Assembly (NCBI GenBank): GCA_030524925.1
Contig: JAUNFS010000002.1
Span: 2,202 to 66,201 of the forward strand
Length of the DNA: 64,000 nt
Direction: 5' to 3'
From: a bacterium
GTDB taxonomy: Bacteria; Bacillota_I; Bacilli_A; RF39; UBA660
The position numbers were made by a program, and so were the translations under genes. This document shows positions 30,341 to 41,070 of the stretch, in pieces (the stretch's first letter is position 1; each line of letters begins with the position of its first letter). The notes beneath the pieces were generated by a model, which worked only from the letters and a program-made list of their open reading frames with translations, was not told the origin of the DNA and did not search any database.

Positions 30341-31305
30341 AGGTAGCAGTTATTGGATCTGGAGCTTTTGGTTTTGCGATAGCTCTTAGTTTATATAATA
30401 ATGGTTGTGATGTACGTGTATGGTGTAGTTCTTCAGAAAAAGCTGATGCTTTAAATAATAAAAAACAAGAGATTATTAAGGGAGTTTCTATACCGGATGG
30501 TATGATGTTTACCTCTTCTTATAAAGAGGCCGTAGATGGCGTAAAAATGATATATTTGATGACTAGTGCTAAGTATATTGGAAATTGTGTTAAAGAAATA
30601 TCTAAATTTGCTAATAAGGATGCAGTATATTGTATTGGTAGTAAAGGTATTGAACAAGGTAGTTGTGAGTTTGTTCATGAGGTATTTAAGAAGAATTCTC
30701 CTAGTAGTAATTATGCTGTTATATCTGGTCCTAGCTTTGCAGTAGATCTTGCTAATAAAGAGCCTATTGGTTTTAGCTTAGCTAGTCATAATAATTATAC
30801 GAGAAAGATGATTGAAGAAAGTCTTGCTAGTGATAATGTTAAGCTTAGACCAAGCTCAGATATGATTGGTGTGGAACTTTGTGGGGCTATTAAAAATGTT
30901 ATTGCAGTAGCTGCTGGTATTATAACTGGTCTTGGATATAATGAAAGTACAAGAAGCTTTTTAATTGTTGAATCTATGCATGATATTAAGTGGTTAATTA
31001 AAGTATTAGGTGGTAGAAAGAAAACTATCTTAAGTTTTGCAGGAATTGGTGATTTACTTCTTACCTGTACTAGTATAAAAAGCCGTAATTATTCATACGG
31101 TATATTACTAGGTAAAAAGGATTTTGAGGGTGCTAAGAAGTATTTAGAAGAAACTACTGTTGAGGGCTATTATACGCTTAAAAGTATCTCTACCCTACTT
31201 AATAGAAAAAAAATAAAGATGCCAGTAATTAGTTTAATATATGATATTGTTATGAAGAATGAAGATCCAATGAAGTTAGCATCATTTTTAATAAATAAAA
31301 AATAA
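30337..31305 (+). CDS. gpsA: NAD(P)H-dependent glycerol-3-phosphate dehydrogenase
   Basis: N-terminal VAVIGSGAFGFAIA Rossmann motif and GpsA-like body. Confidence 0.85.
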   Translation: MKVAVIGSGAFGFAIALSLYNNGCDVRVWCSSSEKADALNNKKQEIIKGVSIPDGMMFTSSYKEAVDGVKMIYLMTSAKYIGNCVKEISKFANKDAVYCIGSKGIEQGSCEFVHEVFKKNSPSSNYAVISGPSFAVDLANKEPIGFSLASHNNYTRKMIEESLASDNVKLRPSSDMIGVELCGAIKNVIAVAAGIITGLGYNESTRSFLIVESMHDIKWLIKVLGGRKKTILSFAGIGDLLLTCTSIKSRNYSYGILLGKKDFEGAKKYLEETTVEGYYTLKSISTLLNRKKIKMPVISLIYDIVMKNEDPMKLASFLINKK

Positions 31306-31323
31306 TTAGTTGTAGGAGGGTTT

Positions 31324-31992
31324 ATGAATAATGTTACAAAGTCTTATATTTTAGAAAGAGTATTAATGGGAGAAAATCCTAATAGTTATATTTGTACAAA
31401 TACTAGTAATAGATTAATGCGTGAGGTGGGAGAGCTTGGCGATTATAAAGATACGATTAGAGTTACGATAAGTGCTGAGGATTTAATGCTTTCTGGGATT
31501 GATAAAATTAAAGCAAATGATGCAAATAGTACAACAATCGTACAAGACTGTCTTTATGAAAGTTTGCTAGTGGCAATGGTTCTTAAAAAGGTTTTAGAAA
31601 AGTATCCTGAATTAAAGATTTTAGGAATTGATAAAGAGAAAGTTCAAAAAGCAATAAATAATTCTTTAACGACCGATGTAAGAAATATTAATCCTGATGT
31701 AATGTTTGCTAGATATCATTTAGATGCTTTTGCTAGACTTTTAAAAACTAAATATAATGCTAATATAAGTATAAATGTTCTTATTAGAAATGCTCCAGTG
31801 AACTTACAGAGAGTTATTAATTCTTATGTTAATGATAGATATACTTTTAGAACTGTACTGTTTACTGGTGATAGTGATTTATGTACATATTATGATTCTA
31901 ATGGAGTTTTGCTTCAAGATGTACATGATTATCATAGTCTTAATTTAAGAGGAATTTCTTCGTTATATGATAAAAAAAAGAATCTTCAATAA
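31324..31992 (+). CDS. hypothetical protein
   Basis: 222-aa ORF co-directional with gpsA. No recognisable motif. Confidence 0.4.
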   Translation: MNNVTKSYILERVLMGENPNSYICTNTSNRLMREVGELGDYKDTIRVTISAEDLMLSGIDKIKANDANSTTIVQDCLYESLLVAMVLKKVLEKYPELKILGIDKEKVQKAINNSLTTDVRNINPDVMFARYHLDAFARLLKTKYNANISINVLIRNAPVNLQRVINSYVNDRYTFRTVLFTGDSDLCTYYDSNGVLLQDVHDYHSLNLRGISSLYDKKKNLQ

Positions 31993-32008
31993 TAGAAGAT
32001 TTTTTTTA
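31980..32008. terminator. bidirectional terminator between the 31324 gene and the HAD gene
   Basis: AATCTTC-AATAATA-GAAGATT hairpin flanked by A8 and T8. Confidence 0.6.
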
Positions 32009-32551
32009 TAAAAATTTGTTTATTTCATTAAATTGATCCGTATGCTTTTCTACTTTGATTGTTTGAATCCCTAGATTTTTAGCACCAGTTATGTTTTCTG
32101 TATTATCATCTAAAAACAATAATTCTTCGGATTTTATATTGTATTTTTTCAATATATATTCATAAAAGTCAGCGTTTGGTTTTATTTTATGAATATTTGC
32201 CGAAATGATAATGTCATCTATATAGCTACTATCAAACGAATCTTTAATAAACTCTTCAATGAATGAAACATGATTAGTTGCTACAATGAGTTTTAAATTA
32301 CTATTTTTTTGTTTTATTTTCTTAAATATTTCAGTATCTTTTATTTTGTATAATTTATTAATTATATTTTTAGTTGTATTAATAATTGATAATTGATCTT
32401 CGTCAATGATATTTTTGGCTTTTGCTAAATATTCATCATCACTTAAATTAGGTCCAAATAACCTTTCTAGTTTGTCTTCTACTGGTAAAAGATCAATATC
32501 TTTCTCGTTTGCTAAAACACCTACAAAGTCAAAAGCAATAACTTTTATCAT
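32006..32551 (-). CDS. HAD family hydrolase
   Basis: N-terminal VIAFDFVGVL (DxD/DxV motif I) and C-terminal LFLDDN motif. Confidence 0.7.
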   Translation of the reverse strand: MIKVIAFDFVGVLANEKDIDLLPVEDKLERLFGPNLSDDEYLAKAKNIIDEDQLSIINTTKNIINKLYKIKDTEIFKKIKQKNSNLKLIVATNHVSFIEEFIKDSFDSSYIDDIIISANIHKIKPNADFYEYILKKYNIKSEELLFLDDNTENITGAKNLGIQTIKVEKHTDQFNEINKFL

Positions 32552-32581
32552 TTAACTCCTCCTTTTATTTATTTCAGTATA

Positions 32582-33253
32582 TCAAATATTTTTTATAATG
32601 TCATTTAAAATGTAACTAGCACATAATAAACCAGAAGTTGCTGGCATATAGGCAATAGTTCCTAATTTAGTTTGATTTTTAATTGGGGGCTCAGTGCTTG
32701 ATACAACTTTGAATTTAGTTCTTATTTTTTCGTCTTTTACTTTTTTTCTAATGATTCTAGCGATTGGGTCGTTTGAGGTTTTATCTATGGTAGTTATACT
32801 AAATTTTGACATATCCATTTTATTTGCTGTACCCATTGAGGAAATTAATTTGTAATTTGATGCATTTTTGATAAGTAACATTTTTAATTTTAAGTCGTCA
32901 CATGCATCTATTACGTAGTCGTATTTATTTTCTAGGAGAATATTAAAATTGTTTTCAGTAATAAATTCATTAATAGCTTTGATATTAGCGATTGGATTAA
33001 TGTTTAAAGCTCTTTCTTTAGCTACTAGTACTTTAGGTTTGCCTATTTCATTTATATTACTTATTATTTGTCTATTTAGGTTTGACTTTTCTACTATGTC
33101 ACCATCAACAATAGTAATATTAGTAATTCCTGATCTAACTAGCGTTTCAAAAGCATAACCCCCTACTCCACCAACGCCAACGATTAGAACGTTTTTAGTT
33201 TGGATTTTGTTAAATGATTCTTCATTAATTAAAGTAATAAGTCTTTCAAACAT
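32582..33253 (-). CDS. tcdA: ThiF/MoeB E1-like family protein, probably tRNA threonylcarbamoyladenosine dehydratase
   Basis: NVLIVGVGGVGGYAFETLVRSGITNITIVDGDIVEKSNLNRQ is a nucleotide-binding E1-like fold. Start is set at the ATG with AAAGGAGA RBS rather than the ORF-track GTG extension. Confidence 0.7.
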   Translation of the reverse strand: MFERLITLINEESFNKIQTKNVLIVGVGGVGGYAFETLVRSGITNITIVDGDIVEKSNLNRQIISNINEIGKPKVLVAKERALNINPIANIKAINEFITENNFNILLENKYDYVIDACDDLKLKMLLIKNASNYKLISSMGTANKMDMSKFSITTIDKTSNDPIARIIRKKVKDEKIRTKFKVVSSTEPPIKNQTKLGTIAYMPATSGLLCASYILNDIIKNI

Positions 33254-33502
33254 AATAATTCTCCTTTTTAAAACACATAAAAACCTAGAAAATAGTCTTA
33301 GTGATAAATTCCCGCGCACTCGCAAGGTGGGCATCACATAGAAGGCTTTAGGAGTCTAGATTAAATCTAGCTTTCTACACCACCTCTAATTAGATTCCCA
33401 ATATTCACCATTGACGGATTTATATTTAACCATCTTCTAGGTACTTTAATTATATCATAGATTTTTAATTTGTTAGCAAAAATCACATAATTTTACATTT
33501 TT

Positions 33503-33916
33503 TTATTGCATTGTAACTTTGTACGGATTAGTGGCAGTGCCATCACCAACTGATATTTTTATTTCTGAATTAAGTGATAAAGAGGGACGTACATTAACAT
33601 TGCCATTAGATGTATTATTGCCCTAGTGATGAATCTGGAAGCTTATATGTCTCAGCGTCTGCTACCCATAATCTTAAACTATAGTTATTTGTTATACCTG
33701 CTTCTATAGTTCCAATTTCTATTACTCCACTATCATCTGAAACGAACTTTGTTGTAGCATTATTAAGTGAATATCTAATATATTTGTGTGGTAATAAGTT
33801 ACTTGTATAACTTGGGTTATTATCTAGTTTAATAGTATATTTATATGGTACTGTTCCTGTGTTTGCTATAGAAAATGTATATAAATTATTAGTTTGACTT
33901 TTAGCAGCAGTATACT
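33503..33916 (-). pseudogene. internally deleted remnant of the surface-protein paralog family
   Basis: Minus-strand frames give YTFSIANTGTVPYKYTIKLDNN…KYIRYSLNN…YSLRLWVADAETYKLPDSSLGQ*, which is like the N-terminal third of gene A. A different frame gives NVNVRPSLSLNSEIKISVGDGTATNPYKVTMQ*, almost identical to the gene A C-terminus. There is no start codon and stops flank the fragments. Confidence 0.65.
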
Positions 33917-33992
33917 ATTGTTACTTAAATAATATCAAAGTATTTATTTTTTTACAATAAACATCTTGATTTTTGTTAGAAAAAGACAAGCT

Positions 33993-35759
33993 TTAGTTGC
34001 TTGCCTTATGTTCATATAAATACACATTTTTTGATGCAGTTAGACAAACATTGTAATATAAAAGTTTTTCAAGATCTAATTCTATACCCATTATTTGATT
34101 GATTATTGGTGCTTCTAGAAGTCTATTGTTATCTTTGATAATTATTGTGTAGTCTGCTTGTTCTTCTTTGCATCTTCTTGCTAGAATAAATTTAATATTT
34201 AGATCTTTACGATTTTTATAAATTATATTTTGACTATTTATTTCGTAGTTTTCATTTAATAATTTTATATCACCAGGATATCTGATTGCTAATAGAACTG
34301 TACTATTTTCTGGTAAGGTATTAAGTGTTTCATCAATATTAGAAATAATTTCTTCTTTTATTTCACTATTTTGTTCTGGAGATACTTTTCTAACGTTGTT
34401 ATCTAGTAAGTACTTAGGGTTTGAACCGTTAGTTTGGTAAATGCATTCTTCTACTTTACCTATGAGTGTATATGATGCATTACAATGATTTATTAGTTCT
34501 TTAATAAAATTATAATTATTTGTTGTTAAGTTCATAGCCTCATCCACAATGATATATTTGTAATTATAGTCTTGTTCTTTTATTAGATAAATGGCTTTAT
34601 TTATTAGATTATTTATTTCATTATCTTTGATATTTGCTAGATAATCATTATAAATTGGTGATACTAGTTCAATTAGTTTCTTATTTTGAAGACTAGTATT
34701 AAATGTTTCAAGCGTTTGATTAGATGAAATTAACTGAGTGATAATTATTTGGTATAATTCTACTATACTATCAATAACGTTTGAATTTTTAGAAAGAATA
34801 TCATTCCATAATTCATTTGCTTGTCTTGGATTAAATGCTACTTGATGAGTCTTTAGATTGTTATATAAATTTGTAAGCAATTTTCCTTCTAGTTTTTCTT
34901 TTGCATAACAGATTATATCATTGTTTTCTTCACTTTGATTTAATAGATATTTAATAGTGATATTATAGTCTGGTAGATTAAATTTGTCATCTTCGTATTT
35001 GTAGTTTATTTGGTTTTCGTATAAGAAGTTAGCGATGTCTACTTCATCAAAGTTATGCACTAGTTCATTATTAAAAGTTAATGGCTTATTAAGTTTGTAA
35101 TAATTATCTTTTTCTTCGTCACTAGTAAATTCTAAATCATTTTTTCTTTTGAAGTGATAATGTATTAGATATTTACATAGTTTTGAAAGATAAGTATCTT
35201 CTTTTAATAGAGAGTTTAGTTTATCTTTAATAAAGCCTTCTACGTTGGTGTTTTGAATTTTAATATTTTCATTAGTATCTTTATTGATAAGTTCTAAGAC
35301 TAAATTATTTATAGTACTTATCTTTATTTCGTTAGTAGGATTTATTTGATTATTTAATTCTTTAACATCTTTATTTGTATATGGTATTATTAAAATCTCT
35401 TTACGGTTAATATTTTTTTCTAGAAGTTTAGTAACTTTTTCTTTGATTATTTCTAGTTTGTTTGAGTGAATTCCAGCATATATTATTTCATTTTGAACAG
35501 TGCTATCTTTAATGTTTTGGTTGTGAGAATTAATCTTGATTTCAGCTTCTTCTAAATTTTGACGAATTGTTTTGCAAAGTTCCTGAAGTTCAGTAGATTT
35601 TGTTTTTTCATTGTCATTTAGGAAACTAGTTGCAAGATTTAGATAAGTGTCTTTGATGTTTTCGGGAATTACTTTGTTAGGGTTTTTAAAAAAGTCATTA
35701 TAGTTTTCTATAAGACTTTGTGCTACTAATATCATTTCTTTTAGATCATTTTCATTCAT
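33993..35759 (-). CDS. UvrD/PcrA-like SF1 helicase homolog with degenerate Walker A (probably ATPase-inactive)
   Basis: Motif Ia-like ILIIPYTNKDVKEL, motif II IIVDEAMNL, motif III-like IGKVEECIYQTNGSNP, and a C-terminal KFILARRCKEEQADYTIII. The expected Walker A AGAGSGKT is replaced by AGIHSNKL. Confidence 0.5.
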   Translation of the reverse strand: MNENDLKEMILVAQSLIENYNDFFKNPNKVIPENIKDTYLNLATSFLNDNEKTKSTELQELCKTIRQNLEEAEIKINSHNQNIKDSTVQNEIIYAGIHSNKLEIIKEKVTKLLEKNINRKEILIIPYTNKDVKELNNQINPTNEIKISTINNLVLELINKDTNENIKIQNTNVEGFIKDKLNSLLKEDTYLSKLCKYLIHYHFKRKNDLEFTSDEEKDNYYKLNKPLTFNNELVHNFDEVDIANFLYENQINYKYEDDKFNLPDYNITIKYLLNQSEENNDIICYAKEKLEGKLLTNLYNNLKTHQVAFNPRQANELWNDILSKNSNVIDSIVELYQIIITQLISSNQTLETFNTSLQNKKLIELVSPIYNDYLANIKDNEINNLINKAIYLIKEQDYNYKYIIVDEAMNLTTNNYNFIKELINHCNASYTLIGKVEECIYQTNGSNPKYLLDNNVRKVSPEQNSEIKEEIISNIDETLNTLPENSTVLLAIRYPGDIKLLNENYEINSQNIIYKNRKDLNIKFILARRCKEEQADYTIIIKDNNRLLEAPIINQIMGIELDLEKLLYYNVCLTASKNVYLYEHKASN

Positions 35760-35762
35760 GTA

Positions 35763-37532
35763 TTAGTTTGTTCCTTTCCATCTAGCGTAGACATTACAGT
35801 TACTTGAGTATGGTAATGGGTTTGGAAGATCCATTTTAATTAATAAAGGTATTTTAAAAGCGTTACCGAATGATACAAGGGTGCCTGATTGTAACGAGTT
35901 TAATTTTTCAATGATGTCACTTGATACATTTGGAAGCATTTTTTCAATATATTCTAAGTCTTTTGGATGGGTCATTTTTAGAACTAAGAAGTTACTCATC
36001 TGAGCTACAACTGTTTCTGAGATGTCTACTGGTCTTTGAGATATTAAATCTATTAAGACACCATATTTACGACCTTCTTTAGCGATACGTTCAAAGATAT
36101 TATAACCTAGTAAGAATTTATCGTTGTCTGCTACTACATATCTGTGGGCTTCTTCTATAATTAGATGAAATGGAATTGATGCTCTTACTTTACGTGATTT
36201 AGAAAAGTCAAAGACCATTTTACTAACTATTTTTACAATTACTTTTGCTAGGTTGTCATCTATATCTTCTAGGTTGATGTTAATTATTTGACTTCTTTTA
36301 TGATTTAGAACTATTAAGCTTGAGATATATTGTTCTAGGGTTATGTACTGATTAATTTCAAAGAATAATGCGTTACGACTATTAATGATTGAGTGAAGTC
36401 TAACTTTTAAGATGATTGCTGAATCTTGCATTTGTCTATTAGTTAAGAATCCTTCACCAATTAGGGTAAATTCTAGGGCTTTTTCTAGATCTTTTAGTGT
36501 GAAAAATGCGTTTGTTGGAACTTCAATAGAACTTTCTAGTTCTTCGTTTAGATTTTTAGCGATGTATTCATTAATTAGAACGCTTTCACCAAACTCACCT
36601 TTATTATCTATTTTAAAACATTCACTAAATCTTCTTGTATAACCGATTCCTTGAATTTCCGTGTTCATACTGAATGCTGGAGTTGAACATGATGAGATAA
36701 TTGTGAAGATGTCATTTTTCTTACCACTTGCGTTTTGGTTACTGAATAAAACTGATTGAATAGCTTTAGCAATTAAGTGGTTTTTTAGTTTTTCAGTATC
36801 AGCATCATTTTTACTAAATAGCTTTGCTAGTTTCATCATTCTTTCAATAATTGTTAACTGTGAGTGGTTTTCAGCATTTAATAAAAGTGCGATATCATCG
36901 TTTGTAAATAAGAATATTGGTAATCTAAATAAGACGTCAGTTTCATCAGTTGGATTGGTTGTTAAAAATTTGTACTGATATACGTCACTTATTTGGTTAA
37001 TGTCTTTAAAAGCATTTTTATATTCACCGTAGGCATCAAATATAAATAAATTGGCATTAGCGGCTTTAAAGTTTTGGTTTAGGAAAATATTTTGGACAAT
37101 TCTTGATACTGAACATGATTTACCTGAACCAGAGTTACCAAAGATAGCTAAGTGGTTTGAAAATAAGTCATTGATGTTTGCGTAGATGTTTCTATCTTTG
37201 TAGATTGGACTTTTGCCAATATAGATTGATTCTTCGTCATTTTTGCCCATGATGATGTCTAATTCTTCATCGTTAATAACTCTTAGGGAACTTGTTAGTG
37301 TAGGTTTTTTGATGGTACCTGCGATAAATCTAGTACCGGTAAATTCACCCAAAAGTTCAATTTTCATGGTATTTTCGTCGACATTTTTAACTTCGCCTAA
37401 TAGTTTGTCACCATTTGATTCAAAGACTACATGAAGATTCATTAAGTTACTTATGACATTGCCTTCTTTATTAATTTCTACTATGGCAGTATTATCACTA
37501 ATATATTTTATTTTTCCAAACATGTTAACCAA
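35763..37532 (-). CDS. HerA-like (DUF87) ATPase
   Basis: N-terminal HAS-barrel-like region. Walker A FGNSGSGKS and Walker B HLIIEEAHRY are characteristic of HerA/FtsK-superfamily DUF87 ATPases. 3-bp gap to the downstream gene. Confidence 0.65.
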   Translation of the reverse strand: MVNMFGKIKYISDNTAIVEINKEGNVISNLMNLHVVFESNGDKLLGEVKNVDENTMKIELLGEFTGTRFIAGTIKKPTLTSSLRVINDEELDIIMGKNDEESIYIGKSPIYKDRNIYANINDLFSNHLAIFGNSGSGKSCSVSRIVQNIFLNQNFKAANANLFIFDAYGEYKNAFKDINQISDVYQYKFLTTNPTDETDVLFRLPIFLFTNDDIALLLNAENHSQLTIIERMMKLAKLFSKNDADTEKLKNHLIAKAIQSVLFSNQNASGKKNDIFTIISSCSTPAFSMNTEIQGIGYTRRFSECFKIDNKGEFGESVLINEYIAKNLNEELESSIEVPTNAFFTLKDLEKALEFTLIGEGFLTNRQMQDSAIILKVRLHSIINSRNALFFEINQYITLEQYISSLIVLNHKRSQIININLEDIDDNLAKVIVKIVSKMVFDFSKSRKVRASIPFHLIIEEAHRYVVADNDKFLLGYNIFERIAKEGRKYGVLIDLISQRPVDISETVVAQMSNFLVLKMTHPKDLEYIEKMLPNVSSDIIEKLNSLQSGTLVSFGNAFKIPLLIKMDLPNPLPYSSNCNVYARWKGTN

Positions 37533-37594
37533 CCTCTTTACTATAAATAAAGTATATCACATAAAAAAAAGATAATCTAGAGTACTACTTTAAA

Positions 37595-38581
37595 TTATCC
37601 GATTTTATAATAATTTTTTATGATTGTACTAAGTGAGTTTATGAGCATTCTGAAGTTAAATTCAAGAACTGTACTTGAATAGGTTTCTATTTGTTCGGGG
37701 TTGATGTTTCCTTTTGCTAAATAGTTTGCGGCAATTGTTAAAATTGGTGTAGTTTGGTTATTATTTTTTTCAGTATCTAATATTTCTCTTGCTGATGTGT
37801 AGTAGGAAAAGTCTGATGCGGTCAGAGTATTAATTGCTAACTTAAATAAGTCTAGTTCTTTTTCTTCTATACCATCAGTTATGATACCTCTATTATATAG
37901 ATCTATTATTTTACTTGCTAAGATTTCAATTATGTTAAATGAGGCGATTCTAGCTGATGTATGTGACTTTAATAAGTCTTCTATGGAACTGGTGTAGTAT
38001 GCTGAGTATTTTGGAAATAGAGCTTTGATTTTGTCATAGTGTCTTTGAGATACGGATACATTATCTAGTCTTCTTTTATCATTGATATCAAGAGAGATAA
38101 TATTTTTTAATGTATTTTTGATACTATCCATAATAGTAGCTATTTCTCTTGTTAGTTCATCAATTTGATTTAATTTTGATCCAGTTACTCGCTCGTTGTG
38201 CTGATAAATACTGTTTTTAGAGTTATAGTTTTGAGCTGCTATATACCCTTCTTTTGCAAGTGAAGTGATTTTTGTGTAAGTGTCTGGATCTAAATAATTG
38301 CTGTCTTTTGTTAGAACTTTTAACTGCTCTATGATAAGCTCGCATTTAGTTTTTTGAAGACGTTGTTTAACTTTTGATGATTCTATTATTCTATTTGCAT
38401 CGTCAACGCTATTTTGTAAATTTATTAAAGTTGTTCTTTTTTCAAAATATATAGATAAAAGATTGGCTAGTTTAACATACTCTTCTTCTACTGGTAGTGG
38501 TAAGCAATCGTTACAAACATTAATAAAGCCTTGAATTATATTATCTGTATATGAATTTAGCTTGGTAACATTTACTTTCAT
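37595..38581 (-). CDS. hypothetical alpha-helical protein, first gene of the HerA operon
   Basis: 329 aa from the ATG with AAGAAGGTA RBS. The ORF track extends to a 38614 start that lacks an RBS. No recognisable catalytic motif. Confidence 0.4.
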   Translation of the reverse strand: MKVNVTKLNSYTDNIIQGFINVCNDCLPLPVEEEYVKLANLLSIYFEKRTTLINLQNSVDDANRIIESSKVKQRLQKTKCELIIEQLKVLTKDSNYLDPDTYTKITSLAKEGYIAAQNYNSKNSIYQHNERVTGSKLNQIDELTREIATIMDSIKNTLKNIISLDINDKRRLDNVSVSQRHYDKIKALFPKYSAYYTSSIEDLLKSHTSARIASFNIIEILASKIIDLYNRGIITDGIEEKELDLFKLAINTLTASDFSYYTSAREILDTEKNNNQTTPILTIAANYLAKGNINPEQIETYSSTVLEFNFRMLINSLSTIIKNYYKIG

Positions 38582-38604
38582 GATATCACTTACCTTCTTT
38601 ATTA

Positions 38605-38633
38605 ATCTTATCACAATAGAATAACTTCTTCAA
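38605..38633 (-). promoter_or_regulatory. candidate promoter of the three-gene HerA operon
   Basis: On the minus strand: TTGAAG, 17-nt spacer, TAAGAT. Confidence 0.3.
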
Positions 38634-38635
38634 GT

Positions 38636-38660
38636 AATAAAAAAATCACTTTCTAGTGAA
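38636..38660 (-). terminator. rho-independent terminator after the ABC transporter genes
   Basis: Minus-strand TCACT-AGAA-AGTGA hairpin followed by T9. Confidence 0.55.
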
Positions 38661-38670
38661 AGCAATTTTC

Positions 38671-41070
38671 TTAAATATCTTTTCTTGACAAGATTTCTGC
38701 AGGCCTTTTTCTAATGGTATTTGCTACTGGTAATAAACCAAATAAGAGATTTACTGCAAAGCATAATATTATTGAAATACCAATTGTTAGTGGTGTAAGC
38801 ATACAGAAATTTGCTAGGTATTTTATTTTAGTTATATTATATAAAATATATGTCATAAAAGCTATGCCAGCTAGAGATGCTGTTAGAGAAATAGCAATGA
38901 TTTCGCCAGCAAACATTTTATAAATATCACTTTTTTTAACGCCGATAGCTCTATATGTTCCTACTTCTTTAATTCTTGATAAGAATGATGAACGAATCAT
39001 TAGAAATACTTCAATAATTGATATAGCAATGATTACAGCTGAGAAAATAAGAATTGAGTTTGTTGTTCCTTCGGTTTCGTCTAAATATTCTTTTTTAGCT
39101 ACTTCATAACTGTCTCTAGCGTTAATTTCCTTATTATTTAGTTCTTCTATTATTTTAGATTTTTCATTTGCTGATACAGTGATACTTTGACAGCTTAGAA
39201 TTAGTTCGTATTTGATTGTGTTTTTATTAGTTATGTAGTTTGTTAGATTATCTTCTGAGGTGTAATAACCAACTACTTTAAGGTCTTTACCACCTACTAC
39301 TTCACTAGTTTTATCACCTATTTTATAAGCGTATCTTTGACTATATGGAACAATTACTTCGTAGTCATTTTCGGGATTTTTTCCTTCTTTTAGGGTGTAA
39401 GCTGTTTCTTGATAGTCTAGTAGAGTTACAGTTTTACCTTCGTTACCAATATTGTTATATAGGATATCAGTAAATAAGCTTTCGTCTGCATAGATTGCTG
39501 GGCTTTCTGAAGAAATGATACCTACTATTTTAAATTTTTTCATGTTTGGAATAGAAATATATTCACCTATTAGTTTTTCCGGACTATTTATTCCAGCTTC
39601 TGGTGCCATCCCCATTGAACTTAATATAGTTTTTAAAACCATTTGATCTACTACCACTTCATATTTGTCTTGTGGTAGAGTACCAGCAATTAAGTCTTGT
39701 TCTTTGATAAGTTTTGTACTAACTAAAGAGGCGTTTATTGTTTCAGAAACTCCTGAGCTTTGAAAGAATGTGTTGTAAGAAATTTCAAATGTTGCACGGG
39801 AATTTCCAGGCATAATATAGTTAATATCACTTATTTGCTCTAGTTCTTTGTACTTTTTTAAATCCATTTTTGAAAAGGTTGCATTTATGTATGATGGATG
39901 AGTATTAACAAAGTCGCTATCTTTAATATTTAGAGTTGCAAAGATTCTTGTAACACTAAATAAGATAAACATACTTGCTGCCATATAGCCTAAAAGTAAT
40001 ATTTTTTTAAGTACTGAATAGTTCATAATCTTTTTAAAGCCATTTGTTAAAAATGTGATTGGCGTAAAGATACTACTATATTTTTTCTTGTAATTTTCGT
40101 TAATAATGTTTTGAAAATTAAATTCGTATTTGTTTAATTCTTCTTTATCAACTGGCTTATAGTGTTCATCAAGTAATTTAATATTTGAGTTTTCATCTAT
40201 TACTTCAACTTTTAATGGACCATTATTTTGAATGTAAATATTGCCATTTTGTACTACTAAGGTAATATCTAGTTTGTTTTCGGTTGTTTCGTAAATATCT
40301 ATTTTTTGATTTTTGCTTGTTAATTCATTTTTATTTAAGTCTTTTAAATAGATATTGTTTTCTATGCGGTAGTCTAAATCTTTAACTTCAGTGTTTTTGT
40401 AGTCTTTTATGATTTTGCCGTCTTCTAGTTCAATTATTCTATCGGCATAAAAGTGAGCTAAATTTACTTCGTGAGTTACTAGGATTACTAACTTTGTTTT
40501 TGATATTGATTTAATGATTTTCATGATTTCTAGGGAGTTTTTAGAGTCTAAGTTACCGGTTGGTTCGTCTGCTAAAATTACTTCTGGATTTTTAACGATA
40601 GCTCTAGCAATACCTACTCTTTGTCTTTCGCCGCCTGAAAGCATGCTTGCTGGTCTTGCACGGAAACGATAAATTCCTAGAGTTTCTAAACAGTAATTTA
40701 CCCTTTTTTGAATTTCGTTTTTATCTTTAATACCAATTTGTTTAAGAGCTAGAGCAACGTTGTCATATACACTTAAGTTATCTATTAGTTTATAGTCTTG
40801 AAAGATATAACCGATGTTTAAATTTCTAATTTTGTCTATTTTGTAAGTGTTCCTGCGAGTTATTTTTTGACCATTGATGTAGATACTACCGCTTTTTACT
40901 TTGTCTAAACCACCAATTACGTTTAATAGAGTCGTTTTACCGCATCCTGATTCACCTAAAAGAGCAACTAGACCTTGATCTGGTAATTTTAGGGAAGTGT
41001 CATTAATGACATGAATTTGATTTTTTTTACCTTTATTAAAGTATTTATTTACTTTTTCTAATGTAATCAT
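38671..41070 (-). CDS. ABC transporter, fused ATP-binding and FtsX-like permease protein (MacB-like)
   Basis: N-terminal Walker [10 protein letters not shown], signature LSGGERQRV, and Walker [13 protein letters not shown]-terminal half has TM helices of the FtsX type. AGGAGG RBS. Confidence 0.8.
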   Translation of the reverse strand: MITLEKVNKYFNKGKKNQIHVINDTSLKLPDQGLVALLGESGCGKTTLLNVIGGLDKVKSGSIYINGQKITRRNTYKIDKIRNLNIGYIFQDYKLIDNLSVYDNVALALKQIGIKDKNEIQKRVNYCLETLGIYRFRARPASMLSGGERQRVGIARAIVKNPEVILADEPTGNLDSKNSLEIMKIIKSISKTKLVILVTHEVNLAHFYADRIIELEDGKIIKDYKNTEVKDLDYRIENNIYLKDLNKNELTSKNQKIDIYETTENKLDITLVVQNGNIYIQNNGPLKVEVIDENSNIKLLDEHYKPVDKEELNKYEFNFQNIINENYKKKYSSIFTPITFLTNGFKKIMNYSVLKKILLLGYMAASMFILFSVTRIFATLNIKDSDFVNTHPSYINATFSKMDLKKYKELEQISDINYIMPGNSRATFEISYNTFFQSSGVSETINASLVSTKLIKEQDLIAGTLPQDKYEVVVDQMVLKTILSSMGMAPEAGINSPEKLIGEYISIPNMKKFKIVGIISSESPAIYADESLFTDILYNNIGNEGKTVTLLDYQETAYTLKEGKNPENDYEVIVPYSQRYAYKIGDKTSEVVGGKDLKVVGYYTSEDNLTNYITNKNTIKYELILSCQSITVSANEKSKIIEELNNKEINARDSYEVAKKEYLDETEGTTNSILIFSAVIIAISIIEVFLMIRSSFLSRIKEVGTYRAIGVKKSDIYKMFAGEIIAISLTASLAGIAFMTYILYNITKIKYLANFCMLTPLTIGISIILCFAVNLLFGLLPVANTIRKRPAEILSRKDI

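Noticed and set aside
32582-33337. Longer ORF-track version of the ThiF-family gene starting at a GTG (33337)
   Set aside because: The extension (MMPTLRVRGNLSLRLFSRF…) runs through the GC-rich structured element and has no RBS. The internal ATG at 33253 has a perfect AAAGGAGA RBS and begins at the conserved Rossmann N-terminus.
33290-33420. TPP riboswitch, T-box, SRP RNA or tRNA in front of the ThiF-family gene
   Set aside because: No CUGAGA / ACCUGAUCUGGAUAAUGCCAGCGUAGGGAA thi-box elements. Only a partial GGTGG resemblance to the T-box. No SRP domain IV motif. The 3' ..GATTCCC…CACCA has no matching acceptor 5' strand.
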